Below, in pieces: positions 29,369 to 39,297 of a stretch of DNA of 64,000 nt; positions within the stretch are counted from its first letter, which is position 1; each line of letters begins with the position of its first letter. The DNA comes from Vulcanimicrobiota bacterium (GTDB taxonomy: Bacteria > Vulcanimicrobiota > Xenobia > Xenobiales > JADMJV01): positions 48,391-112,390 of the forward strand of contig JBFWNU010000012.1 in assembly GCA_050250895.1 (NCBI GenBank). The letters run 5' to 3'. The notes under the pieces were generated by a model that worked only from the letters and a program-made list of their open reading frames with translations, was not told the DNA's origin and made no database searches. Made by a program: the position numbers and the translations under genes.

Positions 29369-31222
29369 GTGAGCAAACCGTGCCGTGGGGCATTCACGAT
29401 ACTGTGCCTTCTGGGATTGATGGCGCCGGCCTGGGCGCAACTTCCGGCCGAGAGCGAGATGGCCCTGAGCGGGCGGCTGGCCCCCCCAGGCACGACTCTC
29501 GACCAGACCTATCAACGCTTGATGAAATATCCGCTCTTTCGTCTGGCTCGCGACACTTTCGAGCAAGAACTCGGGGTGCGAATCTCGGAGGACGTGCTGA
29601 GCTGGCTGGGCGGTGAGGTTCACATAGCCATCGTGCGCAGTGGCGAAGAGTCGCCTCTATCGCGCTATGCTCGCCGCACCAACTTGCGCAGAGACTATGA
29701 CCGGGTCATTTCTGAGGTGGGTCGGGTCGGCAATGCCATCGAAGACTACCAACGGGAAAACGACAAGCTTCCCGAGAGTCTCGAGGTGCTCGAGCCAGAC
29801 TATCTCTACAGCCCGGTGGATGTGCCCGAGGGGGTCAGCTTTCTTTACACGGTCACCCCCGAGGGCGGCTTTCGCGTGCGCACCGTGTTTGACCCAGAGG
29901 CGACCGTGGCGCAGGCCGGACCCGCTCCTGTCTATGAAGACGGCCTGATCGAGCCCAGTTACGGCAATTTCGAGATTGGTCCCCTCGACTTTCTGCTCGA
30001 GATCGAGCTCAAGGACCCCGAGGCCGCCAAGCAGGGATTGGGTCGACTGTTCGGGCCCGCGGTGGACGGCTTCTGGCGCAGCCCTGATGCCGACTTCGCG
30101 CTGATCATGACGATTCGAGGCAAGTGGCTGTTGGTGGCTGACAGCCCCGAGGCCATGACGGCCGGGGCCAGGGCACTGACGGGTCCGGGGCTAGAAGCGC
30201 TGCCCGAGTATGTCAAGGCCCGCCAGAGCGTGCTCTTGCGTCCCGACGCGTTTGGATTTATCAACTTCAAAGCGATTCTCGCTCACTGGCGGGCCGATAC
30301 ACCCCCTCCGCCCATGGTCGAGTTCGTGCGGGCGGCGCCCTGGTTGGCCGTCGCTTCTCGGTATACGCCCGATGAGGTGGATGCCGAAATCCTGCTAGCC
30401 CTGGAGTTGCCTGCCGACGGTCCCTTGAGTGAACTGTCGAGCCTCCACGGTCAGCGCCATCCGTTCAGCCTTTTCGAGGTAGCCCCCTGGGACTCGGCCA
30501 ACCTGTTGGTGGTTGACGCTCGCAAGCTCTATGAACTGGTCGAGATCGCCTCGCATCTCGACCCCATGATTGGCGGTCTTTCCGCGGCCTTCTTCGAGCA
30601 CGGCGAGCAGATGGCCGGTTTCAACCTGGTGGAGTGGTTGCAGAGCGGGGGAGAACTGCTGGTCAGCTATGAGCGTATCGACGTGCTGGCTGCGGCTCTG
30701 GCGACCTGGTTTGGTCGCGGCTCTCAGATGCCGTTTCCCGTCACGCTGGCGGCGCGCTTCCCCTCCACCGAGGCGCGGGCTGCCGCCCTGGACCGCCTCA
30801 GCGGCTTCTTCGAGGACGAACCCGAGACCTATCCTCTGGCCGGCGTCACCGTTCACCGCAGCCTCGGCCAGGACCTGGCCTTCTGTGAAGCGGGCGAGAA
30901 CGTGTTGTTCAGCGCCGGCGGGACCTATCGACTGCTCGAGCAAATGCTGCTTGCCTCGAGCGGCAAGAAGGCCCCCGTCGCCAGTCTGGATTCGTTCAAG
31001 GCCTTCCAGGCCTCGGCCCAGGGCACCCAGCTACTGGTCAGCCACCAGAAGGTGGATTGGATCTACTCCGTGCTCAAGGGCGTAGTCCTCTTGCTGGGGG
31101 CCGAGTTTCGCCCCGAGGCCGTCGAATTGGGACGCTTTCGCGACCACTACATGGACATCTCCATCGAGCCGACCGGCCTGCGGGTGCGCAGTAACATCTA
31201 TGCCACGGAGCAGTCGTTTTGA
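29369..31222 (+). CDS. Exported hypothetical protein with an embedded pseudopilin-like segment
   Basis: GTG after GGAGG; signal peptide ending AWA; internal AIEDYQRENDKLPESLEVLEPDYL resembles the GspG-type helix. Confidence 0.65.
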   Translation: MSKPCRGAFTILCLLGLMAPAWAQLPAESEMALSGRLAPPGTTLDQTYQRLMKYPLFRLARDTFEQELGVRISEDVLSWLGGEVHIAIVRSGEESPLSRYARRTNLRRDYDRVISEVGRVGNAIEDYQRENDKLPESLEVLEPDYLYSPVDVPEGVSFLYTVTPEGGFRVRTVFDPEATVAQAGPAPVYEDGLIEPSYGNFEIGPLDFLLEIELKDPEAAKQGLGRLFGPAVDGFWRSPDADFALIMTIRGKWLLVADSPEAMTAGARALTGPGLEALPEYVKARQSVLLRPDAFGFINFKAILAHWRADTPPPPMVEFVRAAPWLAVASRYTPDEVDAEILLALELPADGPLSELSSLHGQRHPFSLFEVAPWDSANLLVVDARKLYELVEIASHLDPMIGGLSAAFFEHGEQMAGFNLVEWLQSGGELLVSYERIDVLAAALATWFGRGSQMPFPVTLAARFPSTEARAAALDRLSGFFEDEPETYPLAGVTVHRSLGQDLAFCEAGENVLFSAGGTYRLLEQMLLASSGKKAPVASLDSFKAFQASAQGTQLLVSHQKVDWIYSVLKGVVLLLGAEFRPEAVELGRFRDHYMDISIEPTGLRVRSNIYATEQSF

Positions 31223-31761
31223 CCGAGATCATCAATCTGACGGCCGAGCACGCCGAAGAGGTGGAGCGCCTGGCCCAAAGCCACTACCCCGCTCCTTACC
31301 AGATGTCGCTCGAGGAGATCACCGAGAATCTCGAGGGTCTCCAGAGTGACGATGGCAATTTTTGCTTCGGGGTGGTCGAAGAAGGCAAGCTGGTCGGTTA
31401 CTTCATGGCCTGGCTCGACAACAGTCTGGTCGAGGGCCGAGCCGAAGACGTGGTCCTGGTCGACGACGTGGTTCTGTCTCAGAAGGCCCGACGCCACCTG
31501 TTTGCCCTGCTCAAGGCCATGCTCGAGGCCATGGAAGAGGCGGGCCTGGGCGGGTTGCCCATCGAGGGCACGGTGCGCAAGACGGCCGAAGAGACTTTCG
31601 CGAACCATCCCCAGGCGATCGAGCGGTTGGGCTATCAGTTGGTGGCCAGCCACGAGTACGATGACAATTCGCTGGGGGAATCGCTGGTCTGGCTTCGCTT
31701 CGAGCCCTACGCCGAGAAAGAGGCGGTCATCGACCAGACCGACATGGTGGAGTTGGGATGA
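31219..31761 (+). CDS. GNAT-like hypothetical protein
   Basis: TTGA overlap; FGVVEEGKLVGY...VDDVVL...ERLGY. Confidence 0.6.
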   Translation: MTEIINLTAEHAEEVERLAQSHYPAPYQMSLEEITENLEGLQSDDGNFCFGVVEEGKLVGYFMAWLDNSLVEGRAEDVVLVDDVVLSQKARRHLFALLKAMLEAMEEAGLGGLPIEGTVRKTAEETFANHPQAIERLGYQLVASHEYDDNSLGESLVWLRFEPYAEKEAVIDQTDMVELG

Positions 31762-32378
31762 ATCGACTCGTGGTCTTCGACCTCGACGGGGTCCTCATCA
31801 ACTCTGAGGAGGCCAACTATCAGGCCTTTGCCCACGGTCTCGAGCAGCTGGGCTACCGCCCCGAACGGGCGGCCGTGATCGGCCTGGTAGGTCTGCCAGC
31901 GCTGACTATGCTCGAGCGCCTGGGTTGTCCGCCGGACCGGTGCCTCGACATCTTCGAGGGCTTCGTGAAGCCATACTACCTCGAGAACCTGCCGGAGCAG
32001 ACCTCGGCGATGGAGGGGGCGGCCGACGTATTGGCCGAACTCAAAGGCCGGGGCTATCGCATCGGCTCTTGCACCTCGGGCGACCTGGTGACGCAGCGCC
32101 AGGCTCTCACCAGCATCGGCCTGTGGGACTTTATCGAAGAGATCCAGACTCCGTGCCAGTCGCGCTATGGCAAGCCCGACCCTCGCTATCTAGCCGAGCT
32201 GGTCGAACGCTTCGGGCCCAGTCGGGTGACTCACGTCGAGGACTCTGAAGTCGGTCTTCGCATGGGCCGCGACTTTGGGGCTCGTACGGTGTTCGCGCGG
32301 TACGGCTACGGCCAGCTCACGGTCGAGAATCCGGACCACCAGATCGAGCGCTTGAGCGACCTGTTAGCCCTGCTCTAG
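31758..32378 (+). CDS. HAD-family hydrolase
   Basis: VFDLDGVLINS, KPDP, EDSEVG, YGYG. Confidence 0.88.
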   Translation: MNRLVVFDLDGVLINSEEANYQAFAHGLEQLGYRPERAAVIGLVGLPALTMLERLGCPPDRCLDIFEGFVKPYYLENLPEQTSAMEGAADVLAELKGRGYRIGSCTSGDLVTQRQALTSIGLWDFIEEIQTPCQSRYGKPDPRYLAELVERFGPSRVTHVEDSEVGLRMGRDFGARTVFARYGYGQLTVENPDHQIERLSDLLALL

Positions 32379-32863
32379 TGCGCATTCACGTAACCGGCAA
32401 CGCTGGCTCAGGCAAGACTACTCTGGCCGCAGAACTGGGTCGCCAACTCGACCTGCCAGTCCACGGACTCGACCACCTCGTCTGGCAACCTGGCTGGGAG
32501 CCTACTCCTTTGTGCCAACGGGCCGAGCGCGAGCACGAACTGGCCGCCGGTGAGGCCTGGATCATCGAGGGTGTTTCGCCCCGCATCCGGGCAAGTGCCG
32601 ATCTGGTAGTCTTTCTCGACCTTCCGCGCTGGCTCTGCCTGGCTCGCTGTCTGCGCCGCACCCTGCTCCACCCCGCCGGGCGGCCGGAGCTTCCCCGGGA
32701 CTGCCCCGAGTGGCGCATCCTGCCGCATTTACTGAGCTTGATCTGGCATTTTCCCGCCCGGGCCCGCCCGGCCATCCTGAGCCACCCCGGCCTCGTCCAC
32801 CTGACCTCGACCGCTCAAATTCGCACCTTCGCCCGAGCCCTGACCTTTCGGCCGACGAAGTGA
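32378..32863 (+). CDS. Adenylate-kinase-like P-loop protein (FlaR/topology-modulation type)
   Basis: GNAGSGKTTLA, LDHLVWQPGW, WIIEG, RPELPRDCPE. Confidence 0.8.
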   Translation: MRIHVTGNAGSGKTTLAAELGRQLDLPVHGLDHLVWQPGWEPTPLCQRAEREHELAAGEAWIIEGVSPRIRASADLVVFLDLPRWLCLARCLRRTLLHPAGRPELPRDCPEWRILPHLLSLIWHFPARARPAILSHPGLVHLTSTAQIRTFARALTFRPTK

Positions 32864-33053
32864 TTGAACCGACCCTGGTGCCTCGGCGTAGCTTCGGCAC
32901 TTCGCCAGGGGGCGCTAGAGAAATAAACCGCGGAGATAAGGAGGGCGCGGAGAGGGTCGCGCGGGGCGTGGGGGATGCGTTCTTGCGATTTTTTTGGTTG
33001 AGGCTTGTGAGACTCGTGGGGGACCAGCGTGATTCGTCTCTGCGGGGCGGCAA

Positions 33054-34256
33054 TCAGCGATTGGCAGCCAGGATAGGGAAGAGGCTGGCCAGATAACCTG
33101 TGCCCTCGAGTAACTGGTCGAATTGATCTTTGGGCATCTCGGCGGCCAGCGAGTAGACCCAGCCGGCGTGGCGCCAGGCGGCGACCTGGATGGGCCCCGA
33201 TTGGACCTTGTGAGTGTGCAACCGGGCGCCGTCTTGTTCGGAGAGCCCGCGGCCCAGGCCGTCGTCCGGGATTCCGTAGAACGAGACCAACACACCAGGA
33301 TGGTCGGTCTGCTCATAGAGCACATGCAGGGCTTGATGATGGTCGGGAAAGGGGCAGATGCGGGCGTCGTAGAGCTTGAGATTGGGGGGCAGGCTGGCCA
33401 GATCGGGCTGGCTGCCGAAATTGCGTTGGCCCAGTTCCACCGGATCAAGTCCCGCGTTGACCACTCCGACCTTGCAGCAGCGGATATGGTCGGTCTCGAC
33501 GGCGGCGGCCAGCTCGGCCGGGACGAAGCCTCTGGTGTTGATGGACAGGGCGGCCAGCAGGCAGGCCACCAGCGAAGCCGCTACCAGCCAGCCGCTGCTC
33601 CACATCCCTCGCGGCGAGGGGGTTGGGCGAAGTGCCTGGGGCTTTTCATCCGGAGGCAGCGATCCCGCCACCCGGTCCCGCACCAGCTCGGGGCAAACCT
33701 CTGCCTGGCCGGCCGTGGCTACGGCCGTCTTGAGACCGCGAGCGAATTCTATTCGGCGCTGGCTCTCGGGGTCGTCAGTTGAAAACTCGGCCTCTCCGTC
33801 GGCCACAGCCTCGGCCTCCTCAAAGCTGACCGGCCGCTGAGCTGCCTCGAGCGCTTGCAGTAACCGGGCTTTGACCTCGGGCGGCGCCACCTCTTGCTGG
33901 CCGGCGGCCGCTACCGCGGCCTTGAGTTGGCGCGCGAAATCCAGTTGGGAGCGGATGGGCTCCGCTTCAGCCCGGCTCTGGATGAAGGCTCGCTCATCTT
34001 CGAACAGGTCACCGTCGACATACCCCTCCACCAGGTCCTGGTAATGGTCGTCGGCCAACCGGTTCTGGACTGCTTGACCCAACTCGGCGGGAGCGGATTC
34101 GCTCAGCGCCGTAGCGGTGACTGCTTTGAGTTGACGCTGAAAGTCCACCTGGCGTCGGGTCTCGTCGCACCCAGCCAGCAAAGCCTCGAATTGGCGCAGT
34201 TCATCGCCCTCGAGGTCGCCATCGACATACCTTTCGACCTGCTCGAATTCCGTCAC
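33054..34256 (-). CDS. Anti-sigma-factor-like membrane protein with three tandem N-terminal repeats
   Basis: Three YVDGDL/ADGE...F.R.LK.V...P repeats, one TM helix and an extracytoplasmic domain. Confidence 0.7.
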   Translation of the reverse strand: MTEFEQVERYVDGDLEGDELRQFEALLAGCDETRRQVDFQRQLKAVTATALSESAPAELGQAVQNRLADDHYQDLVEGYVDGDLFEDERAFIQSRAEAEPIRSQLDFARQLKAAVAAAGQQEVAPPEVKARLLQALEAAQRPVSFEEAEAVADGEAEFSTDDPESQRRIEFARGLKTAVATAGQAEVCPELVRDRVAGSLPPDEKPQALRPTPSPRGMWSSGWLVAASLVACLLAALSINTRGFVPAELAAAVETDHIRCCKVGVVNAGLDPVELGQRNFGSQPDLASLPPNLKLYDARICPFPDHHQALHVLYEQTDHPGVLVSFYGIPDDGLGRGLSEQDGARLHTHKVQSGPIQVAAWRHAGWVYSLAAEMPKDQFDQLLEGTGYLASLFPILAANR

Positions 34257-34293
34257 GTCCCCATACCTATCAGCTTGCAACCCCGCCGCCCGC

Positions 34294-34818
34294 CTAGCGG
34301 TTCCCGCCTCGGCCCGGCAGTTCAGGCTTGATCAGCTCTGTTAGAGTCTCGACCGTCTGCAGCCCCTCCAAGCGCTTGCGCAGCGCGCCGCCCGGCGACA
34401 CCACGAAGGTCGCCGGTATCGATGTGAGTTTGAACCTCTGGTAGAGGTCTTTGGTTCCCATCGCCACCTCGAAGGGCAAAATCCGCTTTTGGGTCACGGC
34501 TTTGACCGTCTCGGGCTTCTCGTCATACGCGATGGCGATGATGCGCAGCCCTTTGTTGCCATAGCGCTCATACAGTTCGTTGAGCAGGTCCAGGTGGGCC
34601 TCGTTCTCGGGATTCCAGGTCACCGACCAGAAGCTTAGCACGGTCACCTTCGAGCTGTCGGCCGGGTCGAAGACCACCGGCTTCCCCTCGGGGGAGGCAA
34701 GCTTGAAGCCTTCAATGGTGCCGAGTTTGCGGGCGGGGGTGGCGGTCGTTTCTGGTTCGGGACCGGGTGTGCAGCCGGTCAGCACCAGGGCGACCAGGAG
34801 TGCGATGGCTAGTCTCAT
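34294..34818 (-). CDS. TlpA/redoxin-fold lipoprotein lacking CxxC
   Basis: Lipobox LTGC; SFWSVTWNPEN where FWxxWCxxC is expected; SIPATFVV. Confidence 0.75.
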   Translation of the reverse strand: MRLAIALLVALVLTGCTPGPEPETTATPARKLGTIEGFKLASPEGKPVVFDPADSSKVTVLSFWSVTWNPENEAHLDLLNELYERYGNKGLRIIAIAYDEKPETVKAVTQKRILPFEVAMGTKDLYQRFKLTSIPATFVVSPGGALRKRLEGLQTVETLTELIKPELPGRGGNR

Positions 34819-36410
34819 ACGTTCTTGGCTTCCAATCCCTCGATTTCGGTGGTGGGATCCACCATCACCGTTTTTTCGTTTTTGTACAGGACCCTGCCAG
34901 GGGCGGCACCAGGTGGCTTTTTGACGTGTTGAGCCTGGGTGATGTTGACCGGAACCTTGCTGTCGTTGGCGGCCCTGGAATAGCGCGCGGCTAGAATAGC
35001 GGCCGCCAGGACGGTGGATTGCTCGGGGCGCCGCCCGGCCGTCTTGATGAGCACGTGCGAGCCGGGGATGTCGCGAGCGTGCAGCCACATGTCGTCGCGG
35101 CTGGCGACGCGCTGGACCAGGCGGTCATTCTGGACGGGGTTGCGTCCCACCAGAATCTCGAAGCCGGCGTGTCGGAAGGAGCGGGGCCCCGAACTGGGGG
35201 CGGCCGGTCGCGGGGCTTTGCGCCGCTGGGGCAGGGCGGCCCGGACCTCGTCGAGGTCGAGCCGGGACTCGGCCTGGACAACCGAGAGCAGCAGTTCGTC
35301 CAGAAAGGCGACCTCTTCTTCGGCTTTTTCGATCTGTTCCACCAGAAACGTGACGGCTCGCTGCTTCTTCTTATAGCGACGATAGTATTTCTGGGCGTTG
35401 TCGGCCGGGGTCAGGCTGGGATCGAGGGAAATCGAGATAGGATTGCCTTCCCAGTCCTCGAGCTTGGCCACCTCGGCCCGGGCTGGAAGCTCGTGCTTGA
35501 AGGCCAACAACAGGTCGCCCCGCAGGCGGTCTTGCTCAGCCGAATCGGTAGCCACCAGGTCTTGCTCGCGGCGTTCGAGCTTCAGACGCGCTTTGGCCAA
35601 GAGCTTCTTGATTCGGCGCTCGAGCGCGGCCCGCTCATCTTCCAGGCCCGGCTCGCGGCAGGCCTCGTGATAGCGGGCTTCGACTGCCTGTTGCAAAGTG
35701 TCGAACGACCGGTCCCCAGGGCCGGCCAGAAAGGTGGGCTCTCCATCCTGATGGTCCAGGCCGGGTCGCCAAGGTCCGTGCTCGAAGGTTTGCCAAAAGC
35801 TCGTCCAGCGGCTCTGCAGCTCCTGGAGACCGTCGACATCTGCGGTCAGGCGGCGGGCGTAGAGCTTGGAAAGTCCAAAGCAGCAGGCCGTCAAGCCCCG
35901 GGCCAGGGGAACAGTCAAGGCCGGCAACACTGCGAGCTGACTGGCCAGCGGCTTATCGGGCTGGGGAGGGGCCTGGTAGTCCTGGCGCGGGGTGGCCCGG
36001 GGGCTGCGATGAAGCGCTCCCAACACCTGCTCTTCCTGGAGCAAGATCAGATTGTTGGAGCGACCCGTCATTTCGACCACCAGCGTGAAGCCGTTCTCGA
36101 ATTCCAGGCGCGCCACCCGTTCCAGGGGAGAAGAAAAAAATCGCGATAAGAAGATGCCCTCGAGGTGCTTGCGTCCCAGCATGATGAAAGCCGACGGGAC
36201 CTGAGCTCCCGGAAGAGCAGCCTCGACCAGGTGCAGCCGCGCCACTTCAGGATGCAAGCTGATGAACAGCTTGCGGGTCTCGCCGGGAAGGCGAAACGAG
36301 AGAACGAAGTCGTGGTCGGTGAGTTGCGAGAGCTTCTGGAGTCGCGTTTTCTCGATCAAAGGCGCGAGTTCTCGCACCACTAGAGAGAAGTTGACCGAGC
36401 ACAGACTCAC
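34815..36410 (-). CDS. rqcH: NFACT/FbpA (RqcH) ribosome quality-control protein
   Basis: LERV, EMTGRSNNLIL, NAQKYYRRYKK, VGRNPVQND, WLHARDIPGSHV. Confidence 0.88.
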   Translation of the reverse strand: MSLCSVNFSLVVRELAPLIEKTRLQKLSQLTDHDFVLSFRLPGETRKLFISLHPEVARLHLVEAALPGAQVPSAFIMLGRKHLEGIFLSRFFSSPLERVARLEFENGFTLVVEMTGRSNNLILLQEEQVLGALHRSPRATPRQDYQAPPQPDKPLASQLAVLPALTVPLARGLTACCFGLSKLYARRLTADVDGLQELQSRWTSFWQTFEHGPWRPGLDHQDGEPTFLAGPGDRSFDTLQQAVEARYHEACREPGLEDERAALERRIKKLLAKARLKLERREQDLVATDSAEQDRLRGDLLLAFKHELPARAEVAKLEDWEGNPISISLDPSLTPADNAQKYYRRYKKKQRAVTFLVEQIEKAEEEVAFLDELLLSVVQAESRLDLDEVRAALPQRRKAPRPAAPSSGPRSFRHAGFEILVGRNPVQNDRLVQRVASRDDMWLHARDIPGSHVLIKTAGRRPEQSTVLAAAILAARYSRAANDSKVPVNITQAQHVKKPPGAAPGRVLYKNEKTVMVDPTTEIEGLEAKNV

Positions 36411-36468
36411 GCCCGGCTCTTCGCCCCCTGAAGGAAACGTCCTCGACCAACAAGAACGCGGCTTGGCG

Positions 36469-37074
36469 GTGAAAGGTCTGCTCCTGGTTGTATCGGGACC
36501 CTCCGGGGTTGGCAAAGGCACCCTGTTGGGGATGCTTCTCAAATCACGCCAGGACTGCGTCTTCTCGATCTCGGCCACCACGCGCACTCCCCGGCCCGGC
36601 GAGGTCGACGGCGAGCACTATTACTTTCTGACCAACGACATCTTCGAGCAGTGGGTCGAAGAAGATCGTTTTCTGGAGTGGAACAAAGTCTTTGACCGTT
36701 TCTACGGAACTCCCCGGGCCCCGATCGAGGCCCACCGCGAGGCCGGTCGCCACGTCATCCTGGATGTCGATGTTCAGGGGGGGGTGCAGTTGCTCGAGAG
36801 CGCGCCCGAGGCCATCTCCATCTTTATCGCCCCGCCCGACCTCGACGCCCTGCGCGAGCGTCTGATGGGCCGGGGCACCGAAACCGCCGAGCAGATCCAG
36901 AGCCGACTGCTGACTGCTCGCAGCGAGTTGAAATATCTCAACCATTATCGCTACATTATCGTCAATGACGAACTTACGGTAGCCTGTCAAAAGATTGAGG
37001 CGATCATCAGCTCGGAAATGTGTCGCACCGACCGTCTCAAGGAACACAATGCGCTGCCGCGTTTCGACAAATAA
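36469..37074 (+). CDS. gmk: Guanylate kinase
   Basis: SGPSGVGKGT, SATTRTPRPGEVDGEHYYF, YGTP, DVQGG. Confidence 0.95.
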   Translation: MKGLLLVVSGPSGVGKGTLLGMLLKSRQDCVFSISATTRTPRPGEVDGEHYYFLTNDIFEQWVEEDRFLEWNKVFDRFYGTPRAPIEAHREAGRHVILDVDVQGGVQLLESAPEAISIFIAPPDLDALRERLMGRGTETAEQIQSRLLTARSELKYLNHYRYIIVNDELTVACQKIEAIISSEMCRTDRLKEHNALPRFDK

Positions 37075-37092
37075 GACCCCTGGGGGCGTGTT

Positions 37093-38205
37093 TTGAGCAA
37101 TCAGAAACTGGTGATCTGGATTATCGCGGTGACGCTGGCCCTGGGAGTGGCTGTGGTGGCGGTGGTCATTCTCAATCAGGGTGAAGGTCCACCGGACTAT
37201 CAGACTTCGCTGGGCGGTAAGGCCAGTGTCGAACCTGGAGAGTTCACCGAACCCAACGGCGTTTGCGTGGATTCGGCCGGTAATGTCTACGTGCTGGATA
37301 CCGGCAACTCTCGCATCGAGCGATTCAAAGCCGACGGCGAGCTGATCAGCTTGTGGGGCGAGCCGGGCTCGGACGAGAACGAGTTCAACAACGCGCGCCG
37401 CATCGCCCGCGATTCAGAGAACAACATCTGGGTCGCCGACACTGATAACCACCGGGTGCAGTGGTTCAACTCGCAGGGCCAGTGGCTGGGCGAGTTCGGC
37501 TCGTTGGGAATGGACGCCGGCCAGTTTTCTCACCCCATGGGGATGGCCTTCGACTCGCGCGGCAACCTTTATGTGGCCGACTCGGGTAACAGTCGAGTGC
37601 AAAAGATCGGCCCGGCCCAAAACGTGCTCCAGATTTTTCCTAACGAGCCCGCCGAGAGCAACGGCGTGGGCTTGTTCAACCGCCCTCAGGGCGTAGCAGT
37701 CGACCCCCTCGACAACATCTTCGTGGCCGATACCGGCAATCACCGCATCCAGCGTTTCACCGCCGAGGGGACTTTCTTGTCTTCCTTTGGCACCTTCGGC
37801 AAAGGCCCGGGTCAGTTCGACACCCCCGTCGATGTGCTGGTCGACAAAGACCAGAAGGTCTATGTGGTCGACGCTGGCAACAACCGCATCCAGAAATTCA
37901 CCGCTCAAGGCCAGTATCTCTACGAATGGGGAACGACCGGCATGGCTGCCAAGATGTTCCGCAATCCCCAGCAGATCGCCGAGGCTCCCGACGGCACGCT
38001 CTACATCGCCGATGCCGGCAACCATCGCATCCAGAAATACACGCCGCGCTCACCCTATCTGCTCGACCCCGGCGCGCCGATCGTAGGCCCGACCCGCCCG
38101 GTCGCCCCCCGCCCCGGCCCCGACCTGCCGCCACCCACCGAGGCCGAGACCCCCCTGGCCCCGGTGGGCAACCCCAGTGGCGAGTCCACCCCGATGGAGT
38201 TTTAG
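37093..38205 (+). CDS. Membrane-anchored NHL-repeat beta-propeller protein
   Basis: N-terminal TM helix; repeats of F..P.G.A.D..GN.YVADTGNHRIQ. Confidence 0.9.
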   Translation: MSNQKLVIWIIAVTLALGVAVVAVVILNQGEGPPDYQTSLGGKASVEPGEFTEPNGVCVDSAGNVYVLDTGNSRIERFKADGELISLWGEPGSDENEFNNARRIARDSENNIWVADTDNHRVQWFNSQGQWLGEFGSLGMDAGQFSHPMGMAFDSRGNLYVADSGNSRVQKIGPAQNVLQIFPNEPAESNGVGLFNRPQGVAVDPLDNIFVADTGNHRIQRFTAEGTFLSSFGTFGKGPGQFDTPVDVLVDKDQKVYVVDAGNNRIQKFTAQGQYLYEWGTTGMAAKMFRNPQQIAEAPDGTLYIADAGNHRIQKYTPRSPYLLDPGAPIVGPTRPVAPRPGPDLPPPTEAETPLAPVGNPSGESTPMEF

Positions 38206-38356
38206 GCCGGCTTCGCCGGCCGAGGGGAGCGACGGCGTTGCCGTCGAGAAAGGAGCGGCCCTTCGGGCCGAGAGGGGAGCCGGGCTGCGCCCGGGGATGG
38301 GAGCAGCGGCTGCGCCGCTGAGATGGGAGCGCTAACTTCGCTTGCGCTCGTTAGCG
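38205..38356 (+). repeat. Array of six sequence-divergent hairpins joined by purine-rich GGAG linkers
   Basis: Perfect 6-7 bp stems, five with 3-nt loops, joined by 8-9 nt linkers that all end in GGAG. Confidence 0.8.
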
Positions 38357-38538
38357 AGGCTTTTGGAGTACCCCGCCGCTTCGCGTCGTAATCCTGGGGC
38401 GGCAAGCCGCCGATGGGGGGCGCTTCGCCGAGGTCGAGGCGATGCTCGGCCTCGAGCGAGTCCTCCTGGCTAAGTCGTTGATTCTGGATTTGCTCCAGCA
38501 GACAAATTTCGCACACAGCGTGTGCGGAATGTAAGGCG

Positions 38539-38946
38539 CTACAGCGCTTCGGCGGGTGAGGTGCGACCTGGTCGAATATGATTGGTAAGTTCCCTCGCGA
38601 CTCCAGCGTCCAGCCGTATTCGACTCTGAATAATGAGAAGATTGTCCTTCGTGAGCCTGTAGTCTGGTGTCGGATAGCCGAGGACCTTAGGTGCGTGCTC
38701 GCGAGCGGGATTGAGTAGAAGCCAGACTCTCTCGGGCTCCCCGGCAGGCTGACGAATCCCAACACACACGTACCTTTCGCGCTGTGCGAAAAGAAGATGT
38801 TCTTCGCGTCTAGCGTAGCTGGCCTGAGCGTCCTGGAGAATACTCCATTCGCGCTTGTCGATCACGTCGCTGCGAACAGCCCAAGCCCATGACCCGAGCA
38901 GCGAGAAGGCCAGACCGAGAAGGGCCAAGCTCGTGAGCCTTCTCAA
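38539..38946 (-). CDS. Hypothetical exported protein
   Basis: TTG overlapping the upstream TGA; signal-like N-terminus ending AWA. Confidence 0.5.
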   Translation of the reverse strand: MRRLTSLALLGLAFSLLGSWAWAVRSDVIDKREWSILQDAQASYARREEHLLFAQRERYVCVGIRQPAGEPERVWLLLNPAREHAPKVLGYPTPDYRLTKDNLLIIQSRIRLDAGVARELTNHIRPGRTSPAEAL

Positions 38947-39155
38947 GTCTTCTCCAGCAGAATGATGTAGTGCCGGCTGACCCACCAGACGGGGGCACGG
39001 CCGGGGTCGACGACCTGGCGAAAGCCGACCGTGGGTGGCGAAAGCACGAGAAACGAGACATGGTCGTCCTCGAACGTGACCGAGTGGAAGCACAACGCCA
39101 CCACCCCCGCCAGCAATCCAGCCACCACCCCGGCCCAACGTTCCATAAAGCCCAT
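38943..39155 (-). CDS. Small hypothetical membrane protein
   Basis: MGFMERWAGVVAGLLAGVVALCF; coupled to the next ORF. Confidence 0.45.
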   Translation of the reverse strand: MGFMERWAGVVAGLLAGVVALCFHSVTFEDDHVSFLVLSPPTVGFRQVVDPGRAPVWWVSRHYIILLEKT

Positions 39156-39207
39156 GCTAGTCCACTCGCCCCGTCCTCGCAAGCCAGTCGGGCGGCGAAT
39201 GGCCAAA

Positions 39208-39293
39208 GTTGTGCGCCGCACACGGACCGAACCTGACTGTGCGGCGCACATGTGCGCCGCACAGCGACCAGACCGGACTGTACGGCGCACAAC
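39208..39293. repeat. REP-like double palindrome
   Basis: TGTGCGCCGCACA and its inverted copies occur four times in alternating orientation. Confidence 0.75.
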
Positions 39294-39297
39294 CCGC

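Noticed and set aside
32864-33053. Intergenic region with CGCGGAGA repeats
   Set aside because: Only two short direct repeats and weak pairing, too little to call an element.
38202-38765. Minus-strand ORF running through the hairpin array
   Set aside because: It overlaps another ORF and its C-terminus is translated repeat sequence. A short version from GTG 38516 cannot be excluded.
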